DNA from: Dicyema japonicum
Lineage: Eukaryota > Animalia > Dicyemida
Assembly: GCA_011109175.1 (NCBI GenBank)
Contig: RDEW01000020.1
Coordinates: 1,006,703 to 1,070,702 of the forward strand
Length of the DNA stretch: 64,000 nucleotides
Direction: 5' to 3'
Shown: piece by piece, positions 11,993 through 23,780 of the stretch
How positions within the stretch are numbered: position 1 is the first letter of the stretch
Layout of the letters: each line of letters starts with the position of its first letter
The notes under the pieces: model-generated
Database searches by the model: none
The model's input: only the letters and a program-made list of their open reading frames with translations
Told to the model about the DNA's origin: nothing
Translations under genes and position numbers: made by a program

Positions 11993-13421
11993 CTGTAAAG
12001 TCTCTCGAATCCGCCATTTCGGGGATCGCAAAATCTGGCGGATTCGAGAGACTTTTTGATTTTTTTCATCCATTAATAATGTAAATCAAAAAAATTATTT
12101 ATAAACGAAAAATCATTAAGATTTGATTTGCTTCTTTTTATAGTTCGGATCATTAAAAATCCAAGCTTTTTAATGGACTCAATATTTTCGACATTAAAGA
12201 ATTTTTCTTGATTATAGAATTCTTTTAATTTAGTTAAGGCTAGAAAAGACTCGCTAATAATTACTCCTTTCTGACTTTCTTCAAAGGGTTCTTCAATATC
12301 AATTTCTTGTTCTATTTTCTCCGAATCATTCAAATCAAATTCTATTTCCCATTTCAAAAGAAATTGATTAAAAATTCGGCTATCCATCCATGCTTTTTTG
12401 AATTAGAATATGTGACATATTTTTTAATATCAAAACTTTTGAAACATCTAGGATTTTTAAACATCCTGATTAGTAAGGGTGCTTGTTTATCTGTAACATC
12501 CACATTTGTACATAACATGACTGAAACTCTGTCTTTTAATACTTTATAACCCGATTTAAGGTTTTTACAAACACTTTTGGACGGTATCATTTTGTAAAAT
12601 AAGCCAGTTTTGTCGGCATTATAAACATTTTGGGAGATTGATATATTTTTGATTAATTCAATAAAATCTGATACCACATTAGGGTCAAAATTTAAAATTG
12701 CAGATTCTTCATGCATATTTCGTAACTTCAANAAATAAACCAGTTTTGTCTGCATTATAAACAATTTGGGAGATTGATATATTTTTGATTAATTCAATAA
12801 AATCTGATACCACATTAGGGTCAAAATTTAAAGTTGCAGATTCTTCATGCATATTTCGTAACTTCAAACCATTCCTCTTTTTAAATTTAACAAGCCATCC
12901 CTTGCTTCCTTTGAAATCAGTGATCTCTCGTTTCGATGCAAATGTTTTGGCTTTCTCAGTAATAATATCATCGTTCGAAATGGCTCCTTTAACATCCATT
13001 GAATTAACCCAAGAAATCGTATCATAATCGATTTCACTAGACTTTAAATATTCTTTGCGAGAAATGTCAGATCGTAAGTTATTCAACATATTTTATCCTC
13101 TTTTACTTCTCAGATCATCAATAGATCTACGAGAAATAGGTGCATTATATTTTTTGGAAAAAATTTCTAAAATTTTTATCGAAGATAATTCAATATTCGA
13201 TTCAATAAATTTTAAAATGGCAATTTATTGTTTGTTTTTTAATCGTGTACAGTTACGTTTCATGAAAACAACAATAAATAATGACAACGTATTAATAAGT
13301 TAATTATCTACCTATAAAATTATTTAAAAAAATATTTAAAATTAAAAGAAATGGATTCATTAAAAAATCTGGCGGATTAGAGAATTTATTAAATATAATT
13401 GGCGGATTCGAGAGACTATTG
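11993..13421 (-). mobile_element. pogo/Tigger-family DNA transposon, internally deleted and defective
   Basis: TIRs CTGTAAAGTCTCTCGAATCCGCCA (11993-12016) and TGGCGGATTCGAGAGACTATTG (13400-13421), each flanked by TA. CENP-B-type HTH (FKGSKGWLVKFKKRNGL) and DDE start (VYNADKTGLFY, KDRVSVMLC..). Confidence 0.9.
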
Positions 13422-13999
13422 TATTCACGACAATTAAAAAGCATACAATGGACTGGTCTCTTTGTTCACTATGAATATCTGTTTGATCCCTGTTAATCTA
13501 TTTGTAATTGGGAGTTAAGAATCCAGAGATTACTATTAGAATATTCGAGAATTATAACTAATACTTCACCTGCTTTATTTCAAAACAAAAGATCACTGTT
13601 AGGTAAAATCTTATGAAATAATCTTCGAATCGACTGGTTTATTCAATGTATCTTTTTGCTCCAAAAACATATTCGAGAATTATAACTAATACTCCACCTG
13701 CTTTATTTCAAAACAAAAGATCACTGTTAGGTAAAATCTTATGAAATAATCTTCGAATCGACTGGTTTATTCAATGTATCTTTTTGCTCCAAAAACATTG
13801 CATATCTAACCTCACCTGACGTTGTAATCTCGTCCTTGCATATCAGGATAGTTAGTTGAAAGTACTCCAACCTTTCCCATAAGCATATTAATACTTAGGG
13901 GTTTGCTTTCCCCTTACTAACACATACTTATTTTTTCATTCACATTCCTCCTTGCACACATTTGTATTTTATTAAAGCAATCCAAATACTAAAGAATTT

Positions 14000-14623
14000 T
14001 AATTCTCGGCCGTCCATTAAAGAAAAAAGTTAGTTTCCATGAAACACGGAAAAATACTTCTTGATCAAAGCTCTTTTGCACTCCAACAATTTTGCACAGT
14101 GCCCAACTGATTATCGGAGAGAATTCCATTACAAATCAACTGACCTCATTAGCCACTAATTTTCTCATCAGCTTATACAGGGTTGGCATCCAGGTTATCG
14201 GTTGATAATCTGGGGGTTATCTAACTTTAGGATCAAATAAGTTGTCACAGTGGAGACCCAACCAAGAATCGTTACCTCTAATCAAAGAGTCGTCTACATG
14301 CTCGAATATCAAAAATTCTGCAAGATTCTGCCAAGGATTCTGTCAAGAAAGAAGCGGTGCATTTCCTTGGAATGGTTATCCTCCCACATACACCCCCTTC
14401 GTGGAAAGCATCTCCGTGTCCTACTGGGAACATGCACTTATGCTATTTTCCTGTAGGCGGGTGTAAAACAATTGTAATTAAATCCAAACAGATTATTCTC
14501 TATCTTTCTCTTATACCGACTTTCATGGGTATAGATTCCTTTTATACATCGTTATTGCCTCTCCTAACTCTCCTTAACTGTTCGGGGTCCCATTTGAGAA
14601 CACGGCGTTTACTAAGTCTATTA
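14000..14623 (-). mobile_element. R4/NeSL-like (REL-type) retrotransposon, RT N-terminal part (left of the hAT insertion)
   Basis: Minus-strand frames read NYRPITWMPTLYKLM and ILSDNQLGTVQNCWSAKE, typical of R4-like RT domains 1-2. Confidence 0.6.
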
Positions 14624-14631
14624 CTATAGGC

Positions 14632-17127
14632 AAAGGTTTCCCAAAGTGAGCGATAAGAAATTTAAAGGGGGGTTTATGAGTAAATCTTAAATCGGGGAGC
14701 GATTTTAATTTCAAGGGGGCGATAATAAATTATTCGTAGAATTTATATCATACATCTAATTAAGATAATATAATTTCAGTATGGTGAACCTGTAATTTTA
14801 AATTGACACTAGCGTGATTTTTTTTTGTCACAGGAATAAATTTTATTATCAAATGAATAAAAATTAAATTAAGGCATCTGAATGGCCGTGCTATTTCCCC
14901 TAATAATAGCCAACGAGATACGTTCTCGGAACCAACCAGTCTCTCGCGGATCCTTGGTCACAGCTTGAATCATGGAGCCGATCTTACGAACCAACTCATC
15001 TGCTTGGGGGCCAAGGATTCCTGACGTTTCCACCGCGAATGGAACAAAAAAATACTCCTTGAAATTCTCTGGTACTTCCTCCTCTTTCGCTCCTCGGCCT
15101 GCTTTGAAGCATGTCCTGGGTCTGAAGCAGAAGCAACCAAATTAGACGGGGAATAAGTATCAACACACGTCGCGTCCCAGATCAAGTTTCGTCCGTAGCG
15201 TGATTTGCGGTGTATTTGTATTATTCAACAATGGAGCAAGAGACACTAAATAAAAAAATTCGTCAATATAATATTCAATATTTAAAATATGGTTTCATCG
15301 CATCTCCTAATGATGAAAGACGACCTTTCTGTTTATTTTGCTCAAAGTCATTTTCTAAGAAGGCTATGAAGCCTTCTAATTAAGTCAGCATTTACGAAGG
15401 GTTCTTATATTTTATTAAAATATAGGTCCATCCAAATAATCCCAACCAGGAGGAAACAAAAAAAATCAACGTAGCCTGGAGAAAATATTCTCCAATAATA
15501 ATAAACGTAGTGATGATGACGCTGTTGCATCATATAACATCGCTTTACTTATCGCCAAGTCGGGTAAACCACACACAATTGAGGAGGAACTTATAATCCC
15601 ATCAATTCATGAAGTACTGAAAACAGTAATGCACTAACCTTCCCAGAATCTTATTAAGTCGATTTAGCAAGAATACGATACAGAGACTTATTAATGATAT
15701 GGCTTTCGATGTGGAAAACGATCTTTGTTTAATACTGAAAAATACGGAATTCAGTATACAATTAAATGATTCAATATTTCCTGGAAATGACTCATTATTG
15801 CTTGCATTTGTACGTGTTGTAAAGGATGGTCGAATTATGCAGGAATTACTTTTTGCTCGAAAGCTTGAAACTGATACAAAGGGGAAATCAATGTTCGAAA
15901 AAGTCCATTTCTGTCTTAAAGATATACAATTAACAAATATGGTTGCATGTGCAAATGATGGGGCACCTTCAATGATTGGTCGCTATCGCGGTTTTATGGC
16001 ATACTTAAAACAGCACGTACCAAATGACTATTCATTGTATGATCCATCGACAGCATCTGGTTGCTAAAAATACAAATGGTCGTCTACACGACTCTCTCAA
16101 TACAGTTATTTCTGCTATTAACAAAATTAAATCCAACTCTTTAAATTCACGTCTTTTTCGAGAGCTATGTATTGAAAATGATGAAGATTTTATACGACTA
16201 TTAATACATACTGATGTACGGTGGATATCAAAGGGCGACTGTTTGGCGCGGATTTTCTCTTTTTTTCAGCACGTTGTAGAATTTCTCAGATCTTTAAACT
16301 CTCAAATTAGCCCGGAACTAGAATCCGTTTAACATGATGTGGCTTAGCGGATATTTTTGCTAAATTTAATGAACATAACGTGAAATTACAATTTGCTGAT
16401 ATTAATTTAATCAAGGTATCATTTTTTAAATTAATTTAGGCAAAGTTACTTATTTTTGCTTTTATTTCGAAACTACCTTTATTTTGTAGGAATATTGGCA
16501 GGAAATAATTAATCCAATTTCCACGTCTCAACAGTCTAAAGACTTCCTTTCTGAAGATGATTTCGAAATTTATATTGAACATTTGATCACTCTTGAACAA
16601 GATATGAAGGGACGTTTCAAAGATTTATGTGAACTCAAAGTTCCAGATTGGGTGATAGACCCCTTTCAGAATGTAGATGACGTTGAATCTTGTTGTCAAG
16701 AGAAACTAATTATATTAATAAACGATTTTGAAATTAAACCCACTTTCAAACACCCGTCGTTTCAAGATTTTTGATTACAAAAAGATATTCATTAAAAATA
16801 TCCTATGTGATGGAAAAAATCAAAATTGTTTTTTATTGCTTTCCCCACTTTTTATTTGGTTGAGAGAGGTTTCAGTATTGTATCACAGGTAATTACCAAA
16901 AGAAGAAACCGAATGGACATTGTTGAATGAGGAAATCTACGGATTAGGTTTACAAACATGAACCCAAATATTGAGAAACTTGTGTCTAACTTTTTGCAAC
17001 GTCATTGTTCACATTAATTATTAAATTATTTATTTCCAACTCGTTACCTTATAGGTTTTCCCGGTGGGCGATATTTTTAAAAGTTTGTTAAAGGGGGCGA
17101 TGATCTGAATAAGTTTGGGAACTCCTG
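14632..17127 (+). mobile_element. hAT transposon (Buster/Charlie, ZBED5/SCAND3-like), full length but pseudogenised
   Basis: Perfect 8-bp TSD CTATAGGC (14624-14631 and 17128-17135; fits NNNTANNN). Imperfect TIRs AAAGGTTTCCCAAAGT / AGTTTGGGAACTCCTG and subterminal GGGCGAT repeats. Transposase fragments: YLKYGFI..RRPFCL, FSIQLND, ANDGAPSM.G, HCMIHRQHL, TDVRWISKG, WVIDPF, FPTFYLVERGFS. Confidence 0.92.
14865..15200 (-). mobile_element. 5'-truncated CRE-like 3' end nested in the hAT element
   Basis: WDATCVDTYSPS, AEERKRRKY, and ERISLAIIRGNSTAIQMP* followed by a T/A-rich tail. Confidence 0.85.
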
Positions 17128-17135
17128 CTATAGGC

Positions 17136-17800
17136 GGTCCTTTTCTTTTAACCTCTCTGCCCACACTACTTATGTGCCATTTCTGTGCTTCCAGCTCTGT
17201 CTGTCTCCAAACAATCTTGGCACAGATCTGCTCCCCTCATATACTGGGTGGCCTAGGCTTGTCCGTCAATTCTTCATAGATGATCTGTACTGGATACAAT
17301 ACTAGGAAGATGCCACCCAATGACCCTCCCGGCTTAAGCTCTATTGCATAAGCTAAAGCCTTATTGATGTAGGTTAACACTTACCGTTAATCATACTATG
17401 GGAGATCTTGCAGGTAAGTCTGCGGTGCCCAAAGGGAGACATCTAGAGATTCTAGATTCCGCGCCAAGACCTCATAAGCTTGTTAGAGCTGCAACGTATC
17501 ACAGCTCTGTGCTCGCGTCACAACTGTGGTTATCTAATCCCCGGCCCTTTAGACCAATACTCCTCCTCTGACACTCATTGTCTATAGTCAATACCCCGAG
17601 TTCACTCATAGATATAGGAGTACTGAATCTGCCACTGGCCAACCATTCCAGGCATTCGTGGTAGCCTGCTACGTACTTGCATGAAAATGTGCCTCACCCA
17701 TTCTTTTGGGTCTGTTGCCAAACGCTCTCGGATATGACAGTAATTATATTATTGACATCTAGTAACGTAAGTGAGCCTTCTCTTTCTTTCAGACACTTTT
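17136..17800 (-). mobile_element. Upstream part of the R4-like element interrupted by the hAT
   Basis: Decayed minus-strand reading frame that continues across the hAT TSD into 14000-14623. Confidence 0.4.
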
Positions 17801-18285
17801 CTTTACTCGAGGGAGTTTAAACGTTAACTATTCAATAGCACATTGCATGTTTTTTTATTATAATGAACATTCGCACTAATAAATATAGCCACCCCCAGAT
17901 GATCTTGTCTGTAAGACTCTTCTACGGTCTTCTAGAGGATTACGATTTTTCGGAAGCTGTCTAGATCAGCGTCTTCTGATGCCATTTTAACATGTTTTAT
18001 ATCGATTTTCATTATTCGTGGCTTCCTTCAAAATGCCCCTGAGCAGAGGAAGTATGATTCAATAGCATCGTAAGCAAGAACGGGGTGATTCTTCCGAATG
18101 TGTGCGCAAATAATCTCCATCAGGTCTTGGTAATAATTGTATTCAGGAGCTCCGATTTGCAATCCAAAATAGAAGTAGGACCAATACTTTATAATTAATA
18201 TATTTTTTATTAAAAAGTTTAATTGATATATTTGAATTGGTTAACCTAAATTAAATACATTTTTATTAATTAATCAAAAAATGAG

Positions 18286-19740
18286 ATGGACTATTCCTAT
18301 GATACTGATGATACTAAAAATGTTACTATAATTATAATATTTCTAGTTATCACCAAGTCTAGATTATTACTCTGTAAAAGCACCAAGTCCTATAAAAAGA
18401 AAATCTAAGAAACGTAAGGTTACTATGGTCCATTTGAGTGGCGAACAATTTGATGCAGAGATCACTGTAGACTTTATATATACCTTAGCCCTTGAGTACT
18501 TTGATGGACTTGCTAGATTTATTCGTTGAAGAATACAAAATCAAAGATATAGAATATTTTTCATTTTACTATTCACCAAAGCTCAAAAATAAGGTAACTG
18601 ATTGACTCAGTTCAGATTTGGATCGACTCCAAAATTCCCATAAGCGGACAAATATCTAAAAGTATGTTTTTTCCTTACACAGGAATGGCCAAAAACACCA
18701 GTTTGCATTTTGGTGTCAAATTTTATGTGCAAAATATCGCTCAAATTCCCGATGAAGTTACTAGGTAATTAGGTAATATCGAATTTAAGAAATTTGTTCT
18801 ACATGCAAATCAAAAATGATTTTCGACATAATGGGTATCAGTTACTCTGATTCCAGGTTGGAAGCCCCGACTGAGATGCTCTGCCAACTCACAGCGTATA
18901 TTATGCAACGTGAATTTGGGGACTGCCCGGATACGGTGACTTATACTTACGAGACCGCTATCCTTAAGAATAAACTAATCGCAGATCTTATCATGGCTGA
19001 CATTCGAGAATTTCACAAGAAGCTTAGGTTTGTCTTGAGATATATCATTAGGGGAGTTCGGGGTTATGACACAATGGTTATGTTTCTGAAAATGTCCCTA
19101 AAGTTGCCACTCTACGGAATCATGTTTACAAAAGCACAGGTTGGGGTGGACTTATCGTAGCTTTTGAAAAAAGGTGGGTTTCTTGGCGTGTCTGGAAATG
19201 GAATCGTTTTTTATAGAATCGGTATGGGCTTCATTCAATTTACGTGGCCGGAAATAGTTAAATTGGAATCACGAGGAAATTCGCTACTTCTATTATCAAA
19301 GAAAGACTTGGAAGAGAACGAATATTACATTTTCAAACTAAAAAGCTCCGCAACGGCGAAACGACTGTTAAAATATATCACAGAATGCCATTGTTTTTTC
19401 AGGTTTTCACTTTCCCTTACAAAAGACTCGGTTTCTATCCAATCTCCACCATGACGACCTCCAAATTGAAGACACTTGCCGCTATTCAGAATGACTGTCA
19501 AGACGTTAACCAAGTGAAAATCAGTCTAATTTTGTAGGGATCTGAAAGCATGACCAAGAGTGAGTATAATAACTACGAATCTGAGGAAAAAGAAAATGTA
19601 AATTTTTATTTATTTAAATTTTTATTAATATGATAATTTAGTTTTGTCGTCCCCCGCTTGATCCTTCAAAACTGAAAATCGTGGACAATGACAAGGTTCC
19701 TAGTCTGAGGCATTGTAGGAACTCTATGATTCCGTTTTGA
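18286..19740 (+). CDS. Band 4.1/FERM-domain protein, 12 exons
   Basis: An open frame is rebuilt by removing GT-AG introns 18322-18346, 18467-18488, 18594-18615, 18662-18682, 18765-18789, 18835-18856, 19028-19051, 19140-19160, 19403-19425, 19514-19537 and 19598-19641. FERM motifs: IWIDSK.PI, LHFGVKFYV..PDEVTRNLFYMQIK, LTAYIMQREFGD, KLPLYG, LGVSGNGI, FTWPEIVKL, ITECHCFFRL. The last two exons are less certain. Confidence 0.85.
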
Positions 19741-19904
19741 AAACTACGAATGTGTCAAAATCGGCTTATACTCTCGAATTATCTACCACCAATGATTCTT
19801 AGCTAATTAAATAGATTTAATTTTCCTTATTATTTGAGATTAACCAACAGGAATGCTAAGTTAGTGAAATGGTCGGTCTCTGACCACATTTTCAAAATGA
19901 ATAT

Positions 19905-20210
19905 GTCTTAGTTAATTACACTCAGTCAGGACGTTGCGTTCTAGAGGCCTAAAGGTCGCTAGTTCGAATCCCGATACTGTACATTTCGTTTGATGGTTAC
20001 CACGCATTAATATACTTTGGCTTGAAGAGTGACGCCGTCATCAGTAAACATTTCACTGCGGAACTGGATCGTCTATAAAGGAGATACACCCAAGAAAAAG
20101 AAAACAAAGAAGTGAAGATCTCCTTATCGATTAGTTCTCCTTGGTTCCCCAGCTATGATGACTTTTTTGCATAAAATAAACTGTGTGTTCTGCGCACAAG
20201 AGATATCATA
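19905..20210 (+). mobile_element. tRNA-derived SINE-like element (family 2)
   Basis: A-box-like CTCAGTCAGG and B box GGTCGCTAGTTCGAATCCC (about 19953-19971). The body (CATCAGTAAA..ATTTCAC..GATCGTCTATAAAGG..TCCTTGGTTC..AAATAAA) recurs at 23440-23630. Confidence 0.55.
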
Positions 20211-20509
20211 TATAGTGTTCACTGGTAACGCGAATGTGCTAAAAAAACTCAGTCAGGACGTTACATGGTCAAGGGGTCGAGCCGATGATGCTGCTCTGGT
20301 GCACTATGACTTAGTTTTACCTCGTCTCCCTTGTTCAATGAGCTTACTCCGTATTTTTCACGCTGTGCTCATCTAGATACTCTACCGCTTCTAGGAAATG
20401 TTTGGGTTCTAATCCCGTCTAACCAAATTTGAAAATGTCTAAACTCTAACAATTCAACCTTGTGGAGGAAACAAAGGGATTTTATTAGTTCTCAGTTGTT
20501 TTTTTTAAT

Positions 20510-20610
20510 TAAAATTAATTAGGCGCTTGAATTGGGAGGCTATTTACTCTGACAATAGCTATCGAGATACGCTCTCGAAGCCATCCAGTCTCACGCAGTC
20601 CCCTGGAGAT
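20510..20610 (-). mobile_element. CRE-like 3' terminal stub
   Basis: Encodes ETGWLRERISIAIV; homologous to the copies at 11.5, 14.9, 37.4 and 50.7 kb. Confidence 0.7.
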
Positions 20611-20915
20611 ACAAAAGTGCGGAACTATGAAAATTTTAATGTAAAGTACAAAATTTTATTAAAATGAATAAATTAAAAAATTAACAATAAATAAAAACTG
20701 AAATTTTATTTAATGAAATATTAATTTATGTTGATAGAAGGTCTACGAACAGATGCAAAAAAGCAGAGGCTGATGGAGACGCCTAGTGAAACAAATTTTG
20801 AAACGTGTGCCACAAACGGGACCTTAGTTAATATAACGTCCTTTGTTTTTTTTGAAAATGCTTTTTAATAATAATAACTATTACATTTTAATACAAACAA
20901 TAAAAACTAGTGACG

Positions 20916-21144
20916 CCATGTGGTGCTACGTGGATAATTTGTCAGTTATTTTCCTTCTTTCCGATGGCGTCACTGGATCCACCTTACTGAGGAGGCGCCC
21001 AATGCCTGGCCGGCATCAAGAGGATCCAACAATTCTTCCCCGGGGACAGCGTTGTTACCTGGTGACAAGTTCTGGAATGCTGGAACGAGTCAGGATCGAG
21101 GAGTTAGTTTGGTTACCCTTGGTCTTTGGAAATAATTTTAATTT
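20916..21144 (+). mobile_element. Structured SINE-like element, family 1, copy A
   Basis: Head CCATGTGGTGCTACGTGGATAA; core GATGGCGTCACTGGATCCACCTTACTGAGGAGGCGCCCAATGCCTGGCCGGCATCAAGAGGATCCAA (20963-21029); LINE-like tail; imperfect 8-bp TSD TAGTGACG/TAGTAACG. Confidence 0.75.
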
Positions 21145-21145
21145 T

Positions 21146-22300
21146 AGTAACGTCGTGAGGACTAATGTTATGAAGTCTATGCAGAAGTGGAAAATAGGAT
21201 TATGAATCCTACAAAGACTAAACTGAATAGTGTTAACTTCTCCAAGGCAATCAATGAGCATGCGACTTTCCTATATAATTATTATGTAGAAGTCATTGAA
21301 ATTGAACCAGATGAATTTGAGGTAATTGACAAGTGTATACGTAGTGTACTTATAAATGGTCGGATTCAATGTAAACCAGCAAATAAAGAAAGATTGTATT
21401 TGAAGGGATTGACTTCTGTTGTATATAAAAGTGAACGAATACTTCTACATTTTTACAACGGCCTGCAACACAAAGCCAACAAATGTTTGAGGAGAGCGGG
21501 AATCCTACATGTCTTGAATACAAAGAAAAATCATATGGCCACAATCGTAGGATTCCTAGCTGGAAAATGTCGCATAGAGACAAGGGACTTTAATATAAAA
21601 CAGCTGAAGGATGCAAACAAATGGAGCTATTAGAAAAGATAAAAAGATATTCAATTCAACAGAAACTCAGAATGTTAATATTAAACAATCTGGCCAATGG
21701 TTGGTTACGGGGGACAACTTTCCAAGGACGGAGGGAATGCTATGTTATGTCCAGGATCGTAATGTTTTTTTTGAAGAAAATGATGCAAAATGCAGCCAGT
21801 GCAATTCAGCAAAAAAAACAGTGGATCATCTGGCGACAAAGTGTAGAAGAATGTTCAATAGTGACTATCTACGTCGTCATAATGAGGTCGTCAGGTGCAT
21901 ACACTTACACCTGTGCAGGCAGTATGGAATAAAGAAATCGAAAAGACTAAAGACTCATTCACTACAAACAACGGTTGTAACTGAATTTGTGGAAATTCGC
22001 GTTGATACAACAATAGCTATTGATACGAGAATAGAAAATAACAAGTCGGATATTTTCGTGCCCAGGATTCTTTGAAACATGTCGAAGTGGAGAAAAGCCG
22101 CAAGTACGATCTTCTTGCAACATTTAAAATTGGAATGCTTTCTAGGAGCCTACATGCAGACGGCAACGATCAGAAAAACGATGGAAAGCGATTTGGGCGG
22201 TCATGTTTGCATGTCGGAGAGTCCTTAAACTAGTCGAAAAGAAATTGGAATTCGTTGTTAACTAACTGTTTTTGTTTGTATTAAAATAAAATAGTTATTA
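21146..22300 (+). mobile_element. R4/NeSL-like REL retrotransposon, 3' half
   Basis: LNSVNFSKAINEHA, ANKERLYL, CCHC knuckle KCSQCNSAKKTVDHLATKC, DYLRRHNEVV, and the PD..D endonuclease region NKSDIFV. Confidence 0.88.
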
Positions 22301-22520
22301 TTTTTCAAAAAAATAATCATAATAATTCTCAAAGGGACATAATCGGATAATATGTCGATTTATTTTCCGTAGAAATATTAAGAGTTCTTATTGCATAACT
22401 TTGCAGAGACAAAAGCAATCAATAATGTAAAAATGACAAGTTTTGATAAAAGTAAATGATGCTCGAATTTCACTTACCATAAATTTGAAGAACTCGGACA
22501 ATTGTGCCTTAAAATAAGTA

Positions 22521-22806
22521 ATAAAATTATTCCAAAGACCAATGGTAAAACCAACTAACTAATTCCCTGATCCTGACACATTCCAGCAGAACCTTTACTT
22601 AAGAACAGTGATTCAGAGGACGTTGTCCGGATAGCTTAGGTCGATTCCAGAACTCGTTGCCAGGGAAAGAAATTGTCTCCCAATGAAAAGAATCTTTGGA
22701 ATACCGGCCAGGCATTTGGCGTCTCCTGAGTAAGGTAGATCCAATGACGCCATCAGAGGGAAACAAGAAAAAAATTTTAAACCAATTAGCCACATACACC
22801 ACATGC
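22521..22806 (-). mobile_element. Structured SINE-like element, family 1, copy B
   Basis: Reverse complement reads CATGTGGTGTATGTGGCTAA...GATGGCGTCATTGGATCTACCTTACTCAGGAGACGCCAAATGCCTGGCCGGTATTCCAAAGATTC...TTGGTCTTTGGAATAATTTT. Confidence 0.75.
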
Positions 22807-22899
22807 CGATACGCGGCTTTAAAATTATTCTTGAAAATAAACAAAGGAATTATCAGCTGGTTAGTCTCGACTGTTTTCTTATAATCATCCGTCATATCT

Positions 22900-23400
22900 G
22901 TTTATTTAGATCAGGAGTCACTAAGCAACCGCATGTGAGGGAAATTCCACTTTCGGCATCATTTTATCCAGCAGCGGATATTATCTTAAGAACGAGACTG
23001 AAAAGGGGAATCAAGGGCTGACATGTTCTGGTTCAAGGCAAAACAGTTATCTACCCTCCTATGAGACCAATAGAATATAACAAACATCGTCCTGGCGAGA
23101 ATTCTCCAGAATATCATGAAGAATCCGTGAAAGAAATGATCAGGTGCTCGCCAATCTCGATTAAAATCACGGAAACTCGATGGAAGCTATTTGAAAATAT
23201 TTTAAGAATGGAACCGGAAGCCTCAGCTAATGACTTCTCATTTGATCCTCTTTATTCCTCGGACAACCAGGCAGGAACTACCCTATCGATTGTCTTGAGG
23301 GTAGACCCCAAAAGATTGGAAGGCGTCCCAGAGATAACTTAGATGAACTATTGGAGTTAGCTTGTAGCAGGAACAAGAATATTAGTCGCATTATAGTCAG
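22900..23400 (+). mobile_element. RTE-like LINE 3' fragment
   Basis: SPISIKITETRWKLFENILRM resembles SRWRLFGHVLRM of the RTE copy at 28.1 kb. Confidence 0.55.
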
Positions 23401-23429
23401 GCTGTAAATTTCGGTTGAAGATTTCGGTT

Positions 23430-23640
23430 GAAGATTTCACGCTTTTACGATGCTTTGGCTTTACGAGTGATCCGCCATCAGTAAAAATTTCACAGCGGGA
23501 TCTGATCGTCTATAAAGGACATAGACCCAACAAAAAGGAAAAACAAGTAAAGAGCATTCCTTGGTTCTCCCTCTACGATAGTTATCATAACTGTTCTTAT
23601 TTAAATAAAGTATGTGTCCCCCTGAGCGGAGCTATAGCTA
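23430..23640 (+). mobile_element. SINE family 2 body (head missing)
   Basis: Homologous to 20010-20210. Confidence 0.55.
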
Positions 23641-23689
23641 ATGTGGCTCTGCGTATATGTGCAGTTTTTTACCAGAAATAGAGTTTCCA

Positions 23690-23780
23690 AAAATAAACAC
23701 ATCCATCTATATCTGTAATTGTGGGAACCCCTCTAATAAAATAAAGAAGATATATATCTTTTTGGATGCTAACCAGGTAT
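23690..23780 (+). repeat. Unclassified dispersed repeat (second copy inverted at about 41570-41650)
   Basis: CATCCATCTATATCTGTAATTGTGGGAACC..TAAAGAAG..ATCTTTTTGGATG aligns with the reverse complement of 41570-41650. Confidence 0.5.

Noticed and set aside
19905-19985. Genuine tRNA gene
   Set aside because: No complete cloverleaf or acceptor stem, and it is attached to a repeated body; treated as a SINE head.
20916-20985. SINE family 1 head as a functional Pol III tRNA promoter
   Set aside because: An A-box-like TGGTGTATGTGG is present, but the only B-box candidate (ATTGGATCC) is degenerate and T4-T7 runs lie between the boxes. tRNA origin remains possible but unsupported.
20986-21030. CTGAGGA in the SINE core as a hammerhead CUGANGA box
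   Set aside because: No GAAA after a stem II in copies A-D, no room for stem I, and the motif is altered in copies B, D and E.
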